Assembly (NCBI GenBank): GCA_038231435.1
Contig: JBBRLJ010000019.1
Location: forward strand, 37,496 to 101,495
Source: Planctomycetota bacterium
GTDB taxonomy: Bacteria > Planctomycetota > UBA11346
DNA: 64,000 nucleotides
Direction: 5' to 3'
The notes below the pieces were generated by a model. That model was given only the letters and a program-made list of their open reading frames with translations, did no database searches and was not told where the DNA came from. This document shows positions 42,836 to 53,025 of the stretch, in pieces; the first letter of the stretch is position 1; every line of letters starts with the position of its first letter. A program made the position numbers and the translations under genes.

Positions 42836-44215
42836 CTAGCGCTCGCGCTCGCCGCAGCGATACACCCGTGCGCCCCACTCGAGATCGTCCACGAGCATGA
42901 ACCCGCCCGCCTCGCGCAGGCGCTTGCCCGCGCGCAGGTGCGCGACGATCGCGCGTTGCAGCGACGAGGCGCACGGCGCTGCATCGAGATCGCCGAGCGG
43001 ACCGCCGAACACGCGCTCGAGCATCTGCGCGTCGCAGGCCCGTGGATGGGGCAGCAGGTGGAATTCACCCAGGAAACGCACGATGTTCGAACTTGGCGGC
43101 AGCAGTTCCTCGAGGGTCGCATCGAGCAGCCACGAGGCGCAAGCGAACGCGGCGGCGTTCCACCGCGGGAAATGCCTGGTGAAGAACGGCGCGGCGCGGC
43201 GCATCGACTCGCCGCACTGGTCGTGATCCATCGCGCCGGTCGCGGGGATGTGCACGCTGAGCGCAGGCGCGCTCGCGCCCAGGACGTGCTCCCACGCCGC
43301 CGCGTCCAGGCTCACCGGCTCGCGCATCGCGGCGCCACGCGCGGTTATCGGGTGACCGGTGATATGCCGCTCGTCAACGCCGTAGCGACTGGTGAACGCG
43401 TCGTCCGCATCGCCTCGGCCTGCGCCTCCGTCGGCGTCGGCGTACTGGCCGTCGGCGCGGAAACGGCAGCCGTCGCCGGCAAGCGTGATCACCTGAGGCC
43501 CTTGGCAGCCGGAATCCGGCCTGCGACGCCGATGGACATGGACGTCATACCAGAAGGGCACCATCTCGAATTGCAGGCGCCCGAGACGATAGATGCGTCC
43601 CGTGATGTGAGTGGTCAACCAGCCAGGATTGGAAAAGCCGAGGGAGCCGTGCTTGCGGCGGTGGTCCTCGATCCACACCAGCACATCGTCGAGAGTGTCG
43701 AGCGAGACCTGCTCGGGGATGCCGATCTTGCGGTGGAAGGCGAGCAGGGCGGGTACGCGCGCGAGCAGCACGTGCAGGAGCGCGAACTGGCTGCCCTCAC
43801 CGAGATCCGCCGGCAGCCTCGGCCACGCCAGTTCGATCGGATGAGCGAAAGGCGATGTGGCGAGGCGATGGTGGAGATGCGCGGCGAGGCGGCGCAGCGC
43901 GGGTAGGCGGTCGTGGACGGTGAGCGAGCCGGTCACGGCCGTGCGAAGTTCCGGGCCGAAGCCCAGCCGTGCGCACACCGCATCGATCATCGCGGGATCC
44001 AGGAAGGCGAGGTCGGATGCGCGCGACGACGGCCAGTCGCGGCGCGTGCGCTCGTCGGGCGGTTCCAGGCCGAGTGCGTCATGGACGCGCGCCGGATCTT
44101 CCCAGCATTCATCAACAGGAGCGGGTCGGACCGCGGATCCATCCGCGGATTGAGCCGCAGATTGATCCGCAGGCCGACCCGATGATCCTCCGGATGTTTG
44201 CCGATCGTCGGGCAT
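42836..44215 (-). CDS. DUF5596-type acyltransferase (NAT_N plus GNAT-like C-terminal domain)
   Basis: GRIYRLGRLQFE, LSVHIP, FACASWLLD, SNIVRF, SSLQRA. Confidence 0.82.
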   Translation of the reverse strand: MPDDRQTSGGSSGRPADQSAAQSADGSAVRPAPVDECWEDPARVHDALGLEPPDERTRRDWPSSRASDLAFLDPAMIDAVCARLGFGPELRTAVTGSLTVHDRLPALRRLAAHLHHRLATSPFAHPIELAWPRLPADLGEGSQFALLHVLLARVPALLAFHRKIGIPEQVSLDTLDDVLVWIEDHRRKHGSLGFSNPGWLTTHITGRIYRLGRLQFEMVPFWYDVHVHRRRRPDSGCQGPQVITLAGDGCRFRADGQYADADGGAGRGDADDAFTSRYGVDERHITGHPITARGAAMREPVSLDAAAWEHVLGASAPALSVHIPATGAMDHDQCGESMRRAAPFFTRHFPRWNAAAFACASWLLDATLEELLPPSSNIVRFLGEFHLLPHPRACDAQMLERVFGGPLGDLDAAPCASSLQRAIVAHLRAGKRLREAGGFMLVDDLEWGARVYRCGERER

Positions 44216-44227
44216 GTCTTCCGCCGG

Positions 44228-45313
44228 TCAGGCCGTGGGCGCGGCGATCCGCACCGATTGCGCCTGCGCTCGCAGGCAGATCTCGGCAGCCTTGAACGCG
44301 TGAGCTTGGCTCATGGCCGTCTCGGTGCGGTCGAGGCAGTCGCGGATGAGCTGGCCGAAGAACGGGAAGCCGACCTTGCCCGCGCACGAGATGCGCCGCT
44401 CGCCCTGGGCGTCGACCACGAACAGCTGATCGCCATCGGGTTTCTCCTGCGCGACGTCGATGTACTTGCGCATCTCCAGGTATCCCGCGGTACCGATCAC
44501 GAAGCAGCGCCCGTCGCCCCATGAACGCAGCCCGGCCGGGGTGAACCAATCGATGCGGAAGTAGCCGGTGGCGCCGCTGTCGCCCAGCAGCGTGGCGTCG
44601 CCGAAATCCTCGAGCTCGGGATGCTCGGGATTGCCGAAGTTGCCGCGATGGCTCGCCACCACCGTGGCGTCCTTCGACCCGGTGAAGGACAGGAACTGCT
44701 CAGCCTGGTGACTGCCGATGTCGCAGAGGATGCCGCCGTACTGCTCATGGTCGAAGAACCACGCCGGGCGACCCTTGCCCAGGCGGTGGGGCCCGGTGCC
44801 GATGACGTTGATCACCTTGCCGATGGCTCCTTCGCTGATCAGCTGTCCCGCGAGCACCGCGCATTCGACGTGCAGGCGTTCGCTATAATAGACCATGTAC
44901 TTGCGTTTGGTCTCATCGACCGCCGCCTTGGCGTCCGCAAGCTGGGCGAGCGTGGTCATCGGAGTCTTGTCGGTGAAGTAGTCCTTGCCGGCGCGCATCA
45001 CGCGGATGCCCAGCGCCGCGCGCAGGTTCGGGATCGCGGCGGCGGCGACCAGCTTGATGGCGGGATCCTCGAGGATCTCGGCCTCGCTGCGCGCCGGCTT
45101 CGCCTGCGGATAGGCCTTGATGAACTGGGCGACCTTCTGCGGATCCGGGTCGTACACGCGGGTGAGCGTCGCTCCCGCCTCGATCAGACCGTTGCACTGG
45201 CCATGGATGTGGCCGTGGTCGAGCGAGACCGCGGCGATCTGGAACTCGCCCGGGGCGCACACCGCCACCGGCTTGGATTTCGGAGCGTGGGTCATGCCGT
45301 CGGCTGAGGTCAT
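44228..45313 (-). CDS. Gfo/Idh/MocA oxidoreductase
   Basis: LDHGHI, GKDYFTDKTP, GGILCDIGSHQ, WFTPAGLRSWGDGR. Confidence 0.92.
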   Translation of the reverse strand: MTSADGMTHAPKSKPVAVCAPGEFQIAAVSLDHGHIHGQCNGLIEAGATLTRVYDPDPQKVAQFIKAYPQAKPARSEAEILEDPAIKLVAAAAIPNLRAALGIRVMRAGKDYFTDKTPMTTLAQLADAKAAVDETKRKYMVYYSERLHVECAVLAGQLISEGAIGKVINVIGTGPHRLGKGRPAWFFDHEQYGGILCDIGSHQAEQFLSFTGSKDATVVASHRGNFGNPEHPELEDFGDATLLGDSGATGYFRIDWFTPAGLRSWGDGRCFVIGTAGYLEMRKYIDVAQEKPDGDQLFVVDAQGERRISCAGKVGFPFFGQLIRDCLDRTETAMSQAHAFKAAEICLRAQAQSVRIAAPTA

Positions 45314-45742
45314 GGTGGTATTGGATGTACTGAGCCGGCAGCTGACAGCGTTTTTCAACTCGAGGGATTCGCGGAGATCCGAGACGTCGTGGGCATCAGG
45401 CACGAGGGGCGTGAACACCCTGCGTTGCCGCCGCGACCCGACATTGACGAGGAAGTCGGGATGAGAATCCCGATCCTGATCACATCGCATGGACGAGGAC
45501 GGCGAACAGACCGGGGCATGCGCTGAGCGACTGGCTCGGCGCAGATGGTGGCCCAGTGCTGGCCACCCGCGACGCCAGGGTACCCAAACCGTGGATCGTC
45601 ATGGGGATGCGCCACCGGCCGACATGACTGACTGGAGCGGATGGACGTATCACTCGGCGCGGCCGCATCGGACGACAAGCAGGCAGATCCAGTGTGCGCG
45701 GGGAAAGGAGTACTGGGCGCAAACGCCCGGAAGGAACTCCAC

Positions 45743-47428
45743 GTGCGCTCATCGATCCCGGCCTCCATCTTCCTCGCCCTGATGTTGATGGCGGCCGACC
45801 GGTCCGCCGAGGCGATGAGCTACAGCAGCGAGATCGTCAACGGCAAGACCTGCGACGCCGTCGCGTGGACCGATGCCAACGGCAATGCCCGCAAGGTCTG
45901 GCTGGTACGCGCCACTGGCGACACCGGTGGATACGTGGGCGGCTACATCGAGCGCTACAGCTACTTCGTGGGCGGCACCCAGGTGACCGGGCAGTCCGAC
46001 GGCACGCAGCCCGGAGTTTCGGGACTGGGTTGCGCGGTGGACCACCACAGCAGCTATTCGGCGAGCAAGGCGAACACCACCGGCGCCAGCACCGCGTTCC
46101 TGGTGCAGGGCGCGAGCCACTGCATCTGGCGCTTCCAGGGCTCGATGTCCGGCGCCGGCGGCAGCGCCGGCCTGAAGATCGACTACACGATCGGCGAGGG
46201 CCGGGACGACGTGCTGTGGTCGGTGTCCTACGACTGCAGCGCGCTCGCCGCCGACACCCTCCAATGGGATGCGCGCGGACCGTATGTGCAGTTCGACTGG
46301 AACGGCGACGGCAAATTCTACGACTGGTCCTATAGCGCGGCCACCCCCGCGATCTCCGGCGTGCGCTGGGGAGACCGCTTCAAATTCCAGACCTCGTCGT
46401 ATGTCTGGGGAAGCCCGACCACCACCACCTGGGATTATGCTCAGGCCAACACCATTCCGTACATGATGCTCTACAAGAGCGCGGCGATCGGCGACGTCGA
46501 ACTCGGCGTGGTGCAGACCCAGACCTGGGCGCAGCACGATGCGGGCGGATACTGGTGGGGAAAGGGCGGCCAGACTGGAACGGGAATGCCCGACAGCTGG
46601 AACTGCCCATTCCAGCTCAACGCCTATGAGAACTACTCGAGCGAGAAGATGGCCTGGGGATCGGCATTCGGGTTCGTCGGAGCGAACAGTTACACGGATC
46701 TCGCCGGTGGCGCCCGCTCGGGTTATCCGTACCAGGGTTACGCGACCTACATCATCCTCGGCCGACACAGCGCTGGTGTTTCGGACGCCTACATCGCGGG
46801 GATGGAAGGCGTGCAGCAGACCACCCTGACCGCCAGCAAGGGCACCGTGGCCACCAGCGGCGCTCGCTTCGCCGGACTGGCCTCTACCGCCGCGTACCAG
46901 CCGGCAGGCTGGAACCACGTCTACGGCGCCTGGACTGTCGCGGCGAGCGGCAACGAGGCCACGCTCAACTTCTCGGTCGGCGCCGGCACGTCGGTGCTTC
47001 GTCCGCTCGTCACCCTCACCGGATACACCAGCGCGAGCGCTCCGGCACAGGTGCGATTCAATGGCGTCACTCTCACCGCCGGCAGCGACTACGTCGTCAC
47101 CGTCGACACCGGCGGACAGCGCCTATGGCTGACGCTGCTACGCACGCTCGGTGGCACTGCGAATGCGCTCGAGATCGGGGCGACAGCGGGCTCCACCACT
47201 GGCAGCACTGGAACCGGGGCGACGGCAACGGGAACCACCGGCACGTCCACGGGCACCTCGACCGGCTCTCCGACAGCGACCACCGGGTCGACGGGCACGA
47301 CTTCGAGCACCGGCACCAGCGGCGGCACGAGCGCCTCGGGCGGCTCGAGCCATTGCGGATTCGGTGGAGGCATCGCACTCGCACTCGGCATCCTCGCCAT
47401 GACGCGTAGACGCGCCATGTCGCGATAA
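45743..47428 (+). CDS. Secreted beta-rich protein with Thr/Gly/Ser linker and a C-terminal Cys-Gly/TM/basic tail
   Basis: AAGGA RBS plus GTG; signal peptide; C-terminus GGSSHCGFGGGIALALGILAMTRRRAMSR. Confidence 0.85.
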   Translation: MRSSIPASIFLALMLMAADRSAEAMSYSSEIVNGKTCDAVAWTDANGNARKVWLVRATGDTGGYVGGYIERYSYFVGGTQVTGQSDGTQPGVSGLGCAVDHHSSYSASKANTTGASTAFLVQGASHCIWRFQGSMSGAGGSAGLKIDYTIGEGRDDVLWSVSYDCSALAADTLQWDARGPYVQFDWNGDGKFYDWSYSAATPAISGVRWGDRFKFQTSSYVWGSPTTTTWDYAQANTIPYMMLYKSAAIGDVELGVVQTQTWAQHDAGGYWWGKGGQTGTGMPDSWNCPFQLNAYENYSSEKMAWGSAFGFVGANSYTDLAGGARSGYPYQGYATYIILGRHSAGVSDAYIAGMEGVQQTTLTASKGTVATSGARFAGLASTAAYQPAGWNHVYGAWTVAASGNEATLNFSVGAGTSVLRPLVTLTGYTSASAPAQVRFNGVTLTAGSDYVVTVDTGGQRLWLTLLRTLGGTANALEIGATAGSTTGSTGTGATATGTTGTSTGTSTGSPTATTGSTGTTSSTGTSGGTSASGGSSHCGFGGGIALALGILAMTRRRAMSR

Positions 47429-47532
47429 CCGCCACCGCCCGAGCCCTTCGCACGCGCGCAAGCCCAGTTGCGCGCCGCCCGTGTGTAATACATCCGCGCG
47501 ACGCGCCGAACGGATCGGCAGGTGGCGACGCC

Positions 47533-48186
47533 ATGGTGCCTCACCATCGTCGCATGCGCATACTCCTCCCGTGCCTGTTCCTCATGTGCTGTGCTGGCCT
47601 CGGCTTCTCCGCGACTCAAGACGACGCCGCGAAGCCGGACAAACTGCCCGGCGCCGCCCAGACCATCATCGACCGGCTCACGCGCGCCGACGACAAACTC
47701 ACCGAGGAGTACGCCAAGAACCGCGCTGCCGAACGCACCAAGGCCATCACCGACCTGCAGAAGGTCCTGAAGGACACCACCAAGACCGGCGACCTCGACG
47801 CCGCGAACGCGGTCAAGGCGCGCATCGACGACCTCAAGGCCCAGAACGCCAAGGACGACGACACCGACATGCTCGGCGACAAGAAGGCCGCCGCCCAGGA
47901 TCCGCGCAAGGCGATGGCCGGGGTGTGGACGTTCGAGGAGACCAACGGCAATTCGGGAACCTTCGATTTCTCCAGCGACGGCACCCTGCAGGTACGCTTC
48001 GGCCTGATGAACGTGCCCGGCCGCTGGGACGTGCTCGAGAAGGACAAGCTCATCAACATCGTCCTGGTCGGTGATCCCGCGCGCTGGGTGAAGTTTCCGC
48101 TGCCGGTCGCCGACAAGATGACCGGCGACATCTTCGACGCCGGCAAGGGCGGGATCAAGATCACCCGCGTGCCTGCCAAGAAGTAG
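47533..48186 (+). CDS. Secreted hypothetical protein (helical N-domain plus small beta domain)
   Basis: Signal peptide; strongly biased codon usage; ...KTGDLDAANAVKARI...AGVWTF. Confidence 0.8.
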   Translation: MVPHHRRMRILLPCLFLMCCAGLGFSATQDDAAKPDKLPGAAQTIIDRLTRADDKLTEEYAKNRAAERTKAITDLQKVLKDTTKTGDLDAANAVKARIDDLKAQNAKDDDTDMLGDKKAAAQDPRKAMAGVWTFEETNGNSGTFDFSSDGTLQVRFGLMNVPGRWDVLEKDKLINIVLVGDPARWVKFPLPVADKMTGDIFDAGKGGIKITRVPAKK

Positions 48187-48254
48187 CCGCACGGCAGGCT
48201 GACTCGTCGGACGCTTCCATCTGCAGCAACAGATGGACGCATCAGACTGACGCT

Positions 48255-48306
48255 TCACATCGACATATCACCTCGACACATCACACCGACAGATCACACC
48301 GACAAG
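48255..48306. repeat. Four degenerate 13-bp tandem repeats overlapping the GH78 stop codon
   Basis: TCACATCGACATA, TCACCTCGACACA, TCACACCGACAGA, TCACACCGACAAG. Confidence 0.8.
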
Positions 48307-50543
48307 AGCACCGTCCACTCGCCGACCACGGACACCGGTGCGTCCTGATGGAGCACCGTGATCGGACACGAAGCCCGCAGCCGATAGGCGATGCCGCCGG
48401 TTTCGCGCGTCCACGCGATGTCAACGTGCCCGCCGTCGACCGGCAACCGTCCCGAGGCCGCGCGCAGCGATCCGGGTCGCAGGTCGAGGCGCAGATGGTT
48501 GCGTCCGAGATGGCAGCAGTGCCGCAACCCGAGCACGTAGCGCGACAGCTGCCAGGTCGGGCAGGCCGACCATTGGTGGCAATGGCTCCAGCGCGTGTCG
48601 AAGACCTCCAGGCAGGTTGTCGCTCCCTGCGCCATCATCCAACCCCAGCAGCGGCGAAGCTGGTCGAGCACGATGTCGATCTCGCCGCAGCTAGCGAGCG
48701 CCGCCAAGGCGAAGTGCGCGAAGTACGGCGTGATCAGCCGCCGCTCGCTCACTCCGGGATCGCTCAGGCGCGGCGCCGCCGGATCGTTCGGGAAGCACGA
48801 GCGCATGTGTTCCACAATGAAGGCCGCCGCGGCGCGACGCCGATCGCCCTCGACCGCGTCGTACAGGACGGCGAGCACCGCGACCTGATAGCCGGCGCCG
48901 CTCCAGCCGCTGGCGGAGAGTAGCGGCTCGAGCTGACGTGTGATCAGGCCCAGCACGCGTTGTGCGTCGGCGACATGACGGTCGGCCTCGGCGTTCTCGC
49001 CGAGACGGGAGCACCAGGTCGCCATCGCGCGAAGCGCCGAGAGGTAATGCAGGTTCAGCGCCAGGTCGATCGGCCCGGCAGGCCGCGCATAGCCCCAATC
49101 GATGAAGCTCCAGCCCAGGCCATCGCCCAGGCCGTGCTCGTTCTCGCCCGCGCGCAGGGCCGCGAGATTGCGCCGCGCGGCGGGCAGCAGTTCTTCGAGC
49201 AGGCCGCGATCGCCGCTGAGCTCATGGTGGCGGACGCAGGCTCCGACCCAAAGCATGGCGTAGGCCGGCAGGCCGAGAGCATCCGCCGGGCTCAGGCCCG
49301 ATATCATGCCGTCGGCACGCGCGTCCTGGGCCGCCTGTTCCAGCGCCCGCCGGCACAGCGCGAGATCGCCGAAGGCCACCGCCGCGGTCTCGAGCGCGAC
49401 CACCGCGTCGCCGGTCCACTGGCCACGCTCGCGAGTGGGATTGTCGGTGATGGCGTCCTCGGCACAGGCGCGCAGGGTCTCGACGCCCAGGCGCCACGCC
49501 GCATCCAGCACCGCGTCGCCGCAGCTGAACGATCCGCTGGGAGCGGCGAAGTATCCGCGCTCGACGAACTCCTCGGCCACGATCCGGACGCTCGCGAGCG
49601 GCGCCAGGACGTGCAGCTCCAGATACCGTCCGCCCTTGGCCATGCTCGGCTCGAAGACCTGAACGCCGCCGCGGGCGACGATGTGATCGAGGTTGCACGA
49701 CCGCCCCGCCGACAAGGTGATGTGAGGCCCGACCCGTCCGCCGCGCAGCGACTCCGCAAGCGCCATCTCCACCACGGCGCCAGCCGGGCAATCCAGCGTG
49801 AAGCGCGGGCGGCCGAGGCGCACGCGGCCAAGATCGTAGCGCCGCCACAGCCCCTGCGGCGGCAACGTGCCGTCGAGCTCGCGCAGCAGGAAGCGCGCGG
49901 GCGGATCGTCGAGCTCGTAGCCGAAGGCCTCGGCAAGTTCGCCGCCCGCCATCGCCCGCACGGTGATGGTCTCGCGGCCGCCGAGCCGGATGCGCGCGGC
50001 GCGAGACGGCGCATCCGGTACCTGCGCGGGGATCGGCGCGAGCCACGACGCATCGTCGTCGCCAGCAATCGCGACCGCGTCGCGCCACGCGGGAGGATCC
50101 GTCCGCGAGTCGAGCCAATCGCACCACGCCAGCTGCGGATTGATCCGCGCCGTTTGCGCGCGGTAGCCAGCGAGGCGCCGAGCCCGCCAGCCGATCGCGA
50201 CATCGGTGCCGTCCAGGACGATGCGGCAACGCACGAACGGCGGCAGCACGCGCATCATGCGCGTGTGCACGCCGGCATGATGGGCGTGGAGCGCCACCAC
50301 GTGCGCTCCGGCTGGGAGTTCGATCCGGATGGCGACATGCTCGGGGCGCGACGCATGGTAGCGCGGCTGGCCTTCCTCGACCCACCGTCCGTCGATGGTG
50401 AGGTCCCACCACGACGAGCCGAGCACCTCGACGTCGATCACTGCAGTGGCCGCAAGGCTGAAGGTGCCGCGGAAGGCGGCATGCGTGTCGGGTTCCACGC
50501 CATCTGGGATCCACATCGCGCCGACGTTGGTAGGCATGGTCAT
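48294..50543 (-). CDS. Alpha-L-rhamnosidase-like glycoside hydrolase (GH78)
   Basis: DNPTRERGQWTGD, FIDW, GATTCLE, SHCHQWSACP. Confidence 0.85.
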   Translation of the reverse strand: MTMPTNVGAMWIPDGVEPDTHAAFRGTFSLAATAVIDVEVLGSSWWDLTIDGRWVEEGQPRYHASRPEHVAIRIELPAGAHVVALHAHHAGVHTRMMRVLPPFVRCRIVLDGTDVAIGWRARRLAGYRAQTARINPQLAWCDWLDSRTDPPAWRDAVAIAGDDDASWLAPIPAQVPDAPSRAARIRLGGRETITVRAMAGGELAEAFGYELDDPPARFLLRELDGTLPPQGLWRRYDLGRVRLGRPRFTLDCPAGAVVEMALAESLRGGRVGPHITLSAGRSCNLDHIVARGGVQVFEPSMAKGGRYLELHVLAPLASVRIVAEEFVERGYFAAPSGSFSCGDAVLDAAWRLGVETLRACAEDAITDNPTRERGQWTGDAVVALETAAVAFGDLALCRRALEQAAQDARADGMISGLSPADALGLPAYAMLWVGACVRHHELSGDRGLLEELLPAARRNLAALRAGENEHGLGDGLGWSFIDWGYARPAGPIDLALNLHYLSALRAMATWCSRLGENAEADRHVADAQRVLGLITRQLEPLLSASGWSGAGYQVAVLAVLYDAVEGDRRRAAAAFIVEHMRSCFPNDPAAPRLSDPGVSERRLITPYFAHFALAALASCGEIDIVLDQLRRCWGWMMAQGATTCLEVFDTRWSHCHQWSACPTWQLSRYVLGLRHCCHLGRNHLRLDLRPGSLRAASGRLPVDGGHVDIAWTRETGGIAYRLRASCPITVLHQDAPVSVVGEWTVLLSV

Positions 50544-50634
50544 GTCACGGACTCTAGGCCTGCCCGTCGGGCGCTCCAATAGGCGCAATCACTGCTCACT
50601 AGCACGGAAGGCGTGGTCACGACGGCCGCTGGCC

Positions 50635-51744
50635 TCACACCCGCGCCACCGAACGGAGTTCACGCTCCACGAGATCGGCAGCCACCGACCGTGAAAACGC
50701 GTCCGCCGACGCGCGGGCCGCGGCCCCGAGCAGTCGCGCGGCGGGGGGATCGGCGGCGAGCGCCACGGCGGCCGCGATGAACCCCGGCTCATCCAGCTCG
50801 GCGATGCGCCTCCCGTTCTCGCCGTCGCGGATGTATCTCGCCGCCGCACCGCGATCGAAGGCGACCGCGGCGAGACCCGAGGCCATCGCTTCGACCACCA
50901 CGTTGCCGAACCCATCGGCGAGGCTGGGGAACAGGAAGGCGTCGCTCGAGGCGTAGACCTCGGCCAACGTATCATCGCCGAGCGTGCCGGTGAACACCGC
51001 CCAGGGCAGTTGCGCACGCAGGGCGTCGCGCTCGGGGCCATCGCCGACGATCACCACGCGCGCCGTGGGACTGGCGGCTCGCGCCGCCTCGGCGGCGCGC
51101 GCGAGCAGCTGCACATTCTTGATCGCCAGCAGGCGTCCGACATGCAGCAGCACCACGCCATCGTCGGTCACGTTCCATGCGGCACGCAAGATGGAGGAGC
51201 GCGCATCAGGCGAGAACAATCGCGTATCGACCCCGCGGCCAGCCAGCACGACACCACGCACCCCAGCCGCACGCAGGCGCTCGGCATCGCTGCTCGAGTC
51301 GACGAACGTGCGCAGCGCGCGGCCATGGAAGGCGTGGAGGCTGCGCATTACCGAGTCCCGTTCCCGCGTGGGGACGGCCTCATGCAGCGGATGCCAATAC
51401 GACGTGATCGGCAGGCCCTCTTCCGAGGCCGCTTCCATGGCGGCATGCCCAGATGGACCCGCGAGCTCGATGTGCACCACGTGCGGACGCCAGGATGCGA
51501 AGGCCCGCCGACAGTCGAGCACCTGCTGGCGCATGCGCGCCGCGATGTGGGCCGCGTATTGGGCGTTAAGGTGGGAGCTGCCAGGCGCGCCGGCCGGCTG
51601 GTTCTCGTCGGTGGCGACGCTCAAGACCGCATGGCCCTGCCGGCGTAATCCCATGACCAGCTGTGACAGGTTTCGCGCAACACCGCTACGGGCTCCCGTC
51701 GGGCCACCGCTGACCACCGCCACGCGCAATGGAGGCGAAATCAC
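50635..51744 (-). CDS. Glycosyltransferase family 4
   Basis: GVDTRLFSP, HVGRL..IKN, YASSDAFLFPS..DGFGNVVVEAMASG; GTGA overlap with the upstream GT. Confidence 0.92.
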   Translation of the reverse strand: MISPPLRVAVVSGGPTGARSGVARNLSQLVMGLRRQGHAVLSVATDENQPAGAPGSSHLNAQYAAHIAARMRQQVLDCRRAFASWRPHVVHIELAGPSGHAAMEAASEEGLPITSYWHPLHEAVPTRERDSVMRSLHAFHGRALRTFVDSSSDAERLRAAGVRGVVLAGRGVDTRLFSPDARSSILRAAWNVTDDGVVLLHVGRLLAIKNVQLLARAAEAARAASPTARVVIVGDGPERDALRAQLPWAVFTGTLGDDTLAEVYASSDAFLFPSLADGFGNVVVEAMASGLAAVAFDRGAAARYIRDGENGRRIAELDEPGFIAAAVALAADPPAARLLGAAARASADAFSRSVAADLVERELRSVARV

Positions 51745-52922
51745 CGGTCTATCCCGGCGCGCGTGGTCGATTGCACGATGTCCTCGATGAGCTCGGCGTA
51801 GCGGGCGACGCTCGCGCTCCACGGATGGCGCGACGCCACCGCCCGCGCCGTCCTGCCCATGTCACGCAGACGTTGGATGGACCGAACGGCATCCACTGCG
51901 GCGGCGATGAAGCCAGCCCGATCGCCTGGCACCACGAGGCGTCCGCAGTGCCCATCTTCGATCCAGGTCCCCGCGGCACCGAATGAGAATGCAATGGGAG
52001 CGAGCCCAGAGGCCATGGCCTCCGCGACCACGTTTCCCCAGGTATCGATGCCCTCGGGGGGACTGGTGAAGATGAACGCGTCCGCGGACGCATACGCGGC
52101 CGACAGTTCATCATCTCCGAGCACTCCCGTGAAGGTCGCCCATGGCAAGCGCGCGCGCAATCGCTCGCGTTCCACGCCGTCGCCGACGACCACTGCACGG
52201 GTGCGTGGGTTCACGGCACGCGCTGCGTCGCAGACTTCGGCGAACAGCGACGGGTCCTTCTCGGTCAGGAGCCTGCCGACCCACAGCAGCACGACAGCGG
52301 CCTCGTCCGCGCCCCACTGGGCTCGCAGCGCGGCATCTCGCCGGAGCGGATGGAAGCGGCGAGCATCAATGCCGTTCTCTATGCTCACCACTCGGGGAAC
52401 GCCGAGTCCGGCCAACCAGTGCCGCAGCTCGTCGGTCTGGATGATGGTCGCATCGAGCGAACGGTGAAACGCCAGCAGCTGCATCAACGCCTCATCACGG
52501 CGCGCTGGGGGCGCTGCGGCGTGGATGCGATGGAACCGCCCGATCACCGGGATCGAGGCTTCTCGAGCCACCTGTCGCGCGACATGTCCGAACTCGTCCG
52601 CGAGTTCAATATACACGAGATCCGGTCGCCACTCCCCCCACCAGCTGGTCAGCGCATGGTGATGCGTGGCCATGCGTGAACGGATGGCGGCGAGCGCCGC
52701 ATCGCGCTCCGAGCCCAGTGGCGGCGCCGCCTCTGGCACCGCGTACCGGACCTCGTGGCCACGCGCGGCGAGCCCATCGCCGATCCGTTCGAGCACCCTG
52801 CCGGTGCCCGAACCCGTCGTCGGAGCCGCTCGCGAAGCGAGCACCAGCCTCAGCGACGGGAAGCCACCAGCGAGGTCCATGACGCTGTTTCGGCCTAAGA
52901 CCCGTGAAGTCAAGGTGTCCAC
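51741..52922 (-). CDS. Glycosyltransferase family 4
   Basis: NGIDARRFHP, VGRL..EKD, DTWGNVVAEAMASG. Start 52922 or 52880. Confidence 0.92.
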   Translation of the reverse strand: MDTLTSRVLGRNSVMDLAGGFPSLRLVLASRAAPTTGSGTGRVLERIGDGLAARGHEVRYAVPEAAPPLGSERDAALAAIRSRMATHHHALTSWWGEWRPDLVYIELADEFGHVARQVAREASIPVIGRFHRIHAAAPPARRDEALMQLLAFHRSLDATIIQTDELRHWLAGLGVPRVVSIENGIDARRFHPLRRDAALRAQWGADEAAVVLLWVGRLLTEKDPSLFAEVCDAARAVNPRTRAVVVGDGVERERLRARLPWATFTGVLGDDELSAAYASADAFIFTSPPEGIDTWGNVVAEAMASGLAPIAFSFGAAGTWIEDGHCGRLVVPGDRAGFIAAAVDAVRSIQRLRDMGRTARAVASRHPWSASVARYAELIEDIVQSTTRAGIDR

Positions 52923-53025
52923 CTGGGGGTAAGGCTAGTCGATCAGGGGAGCGGGACGGGCTCCTACCCGTTGTCCGCGGCCGCCGAGAGCCAGACTATC
53001 CGCACTCCCCTGTTCGAAGGCAGAT

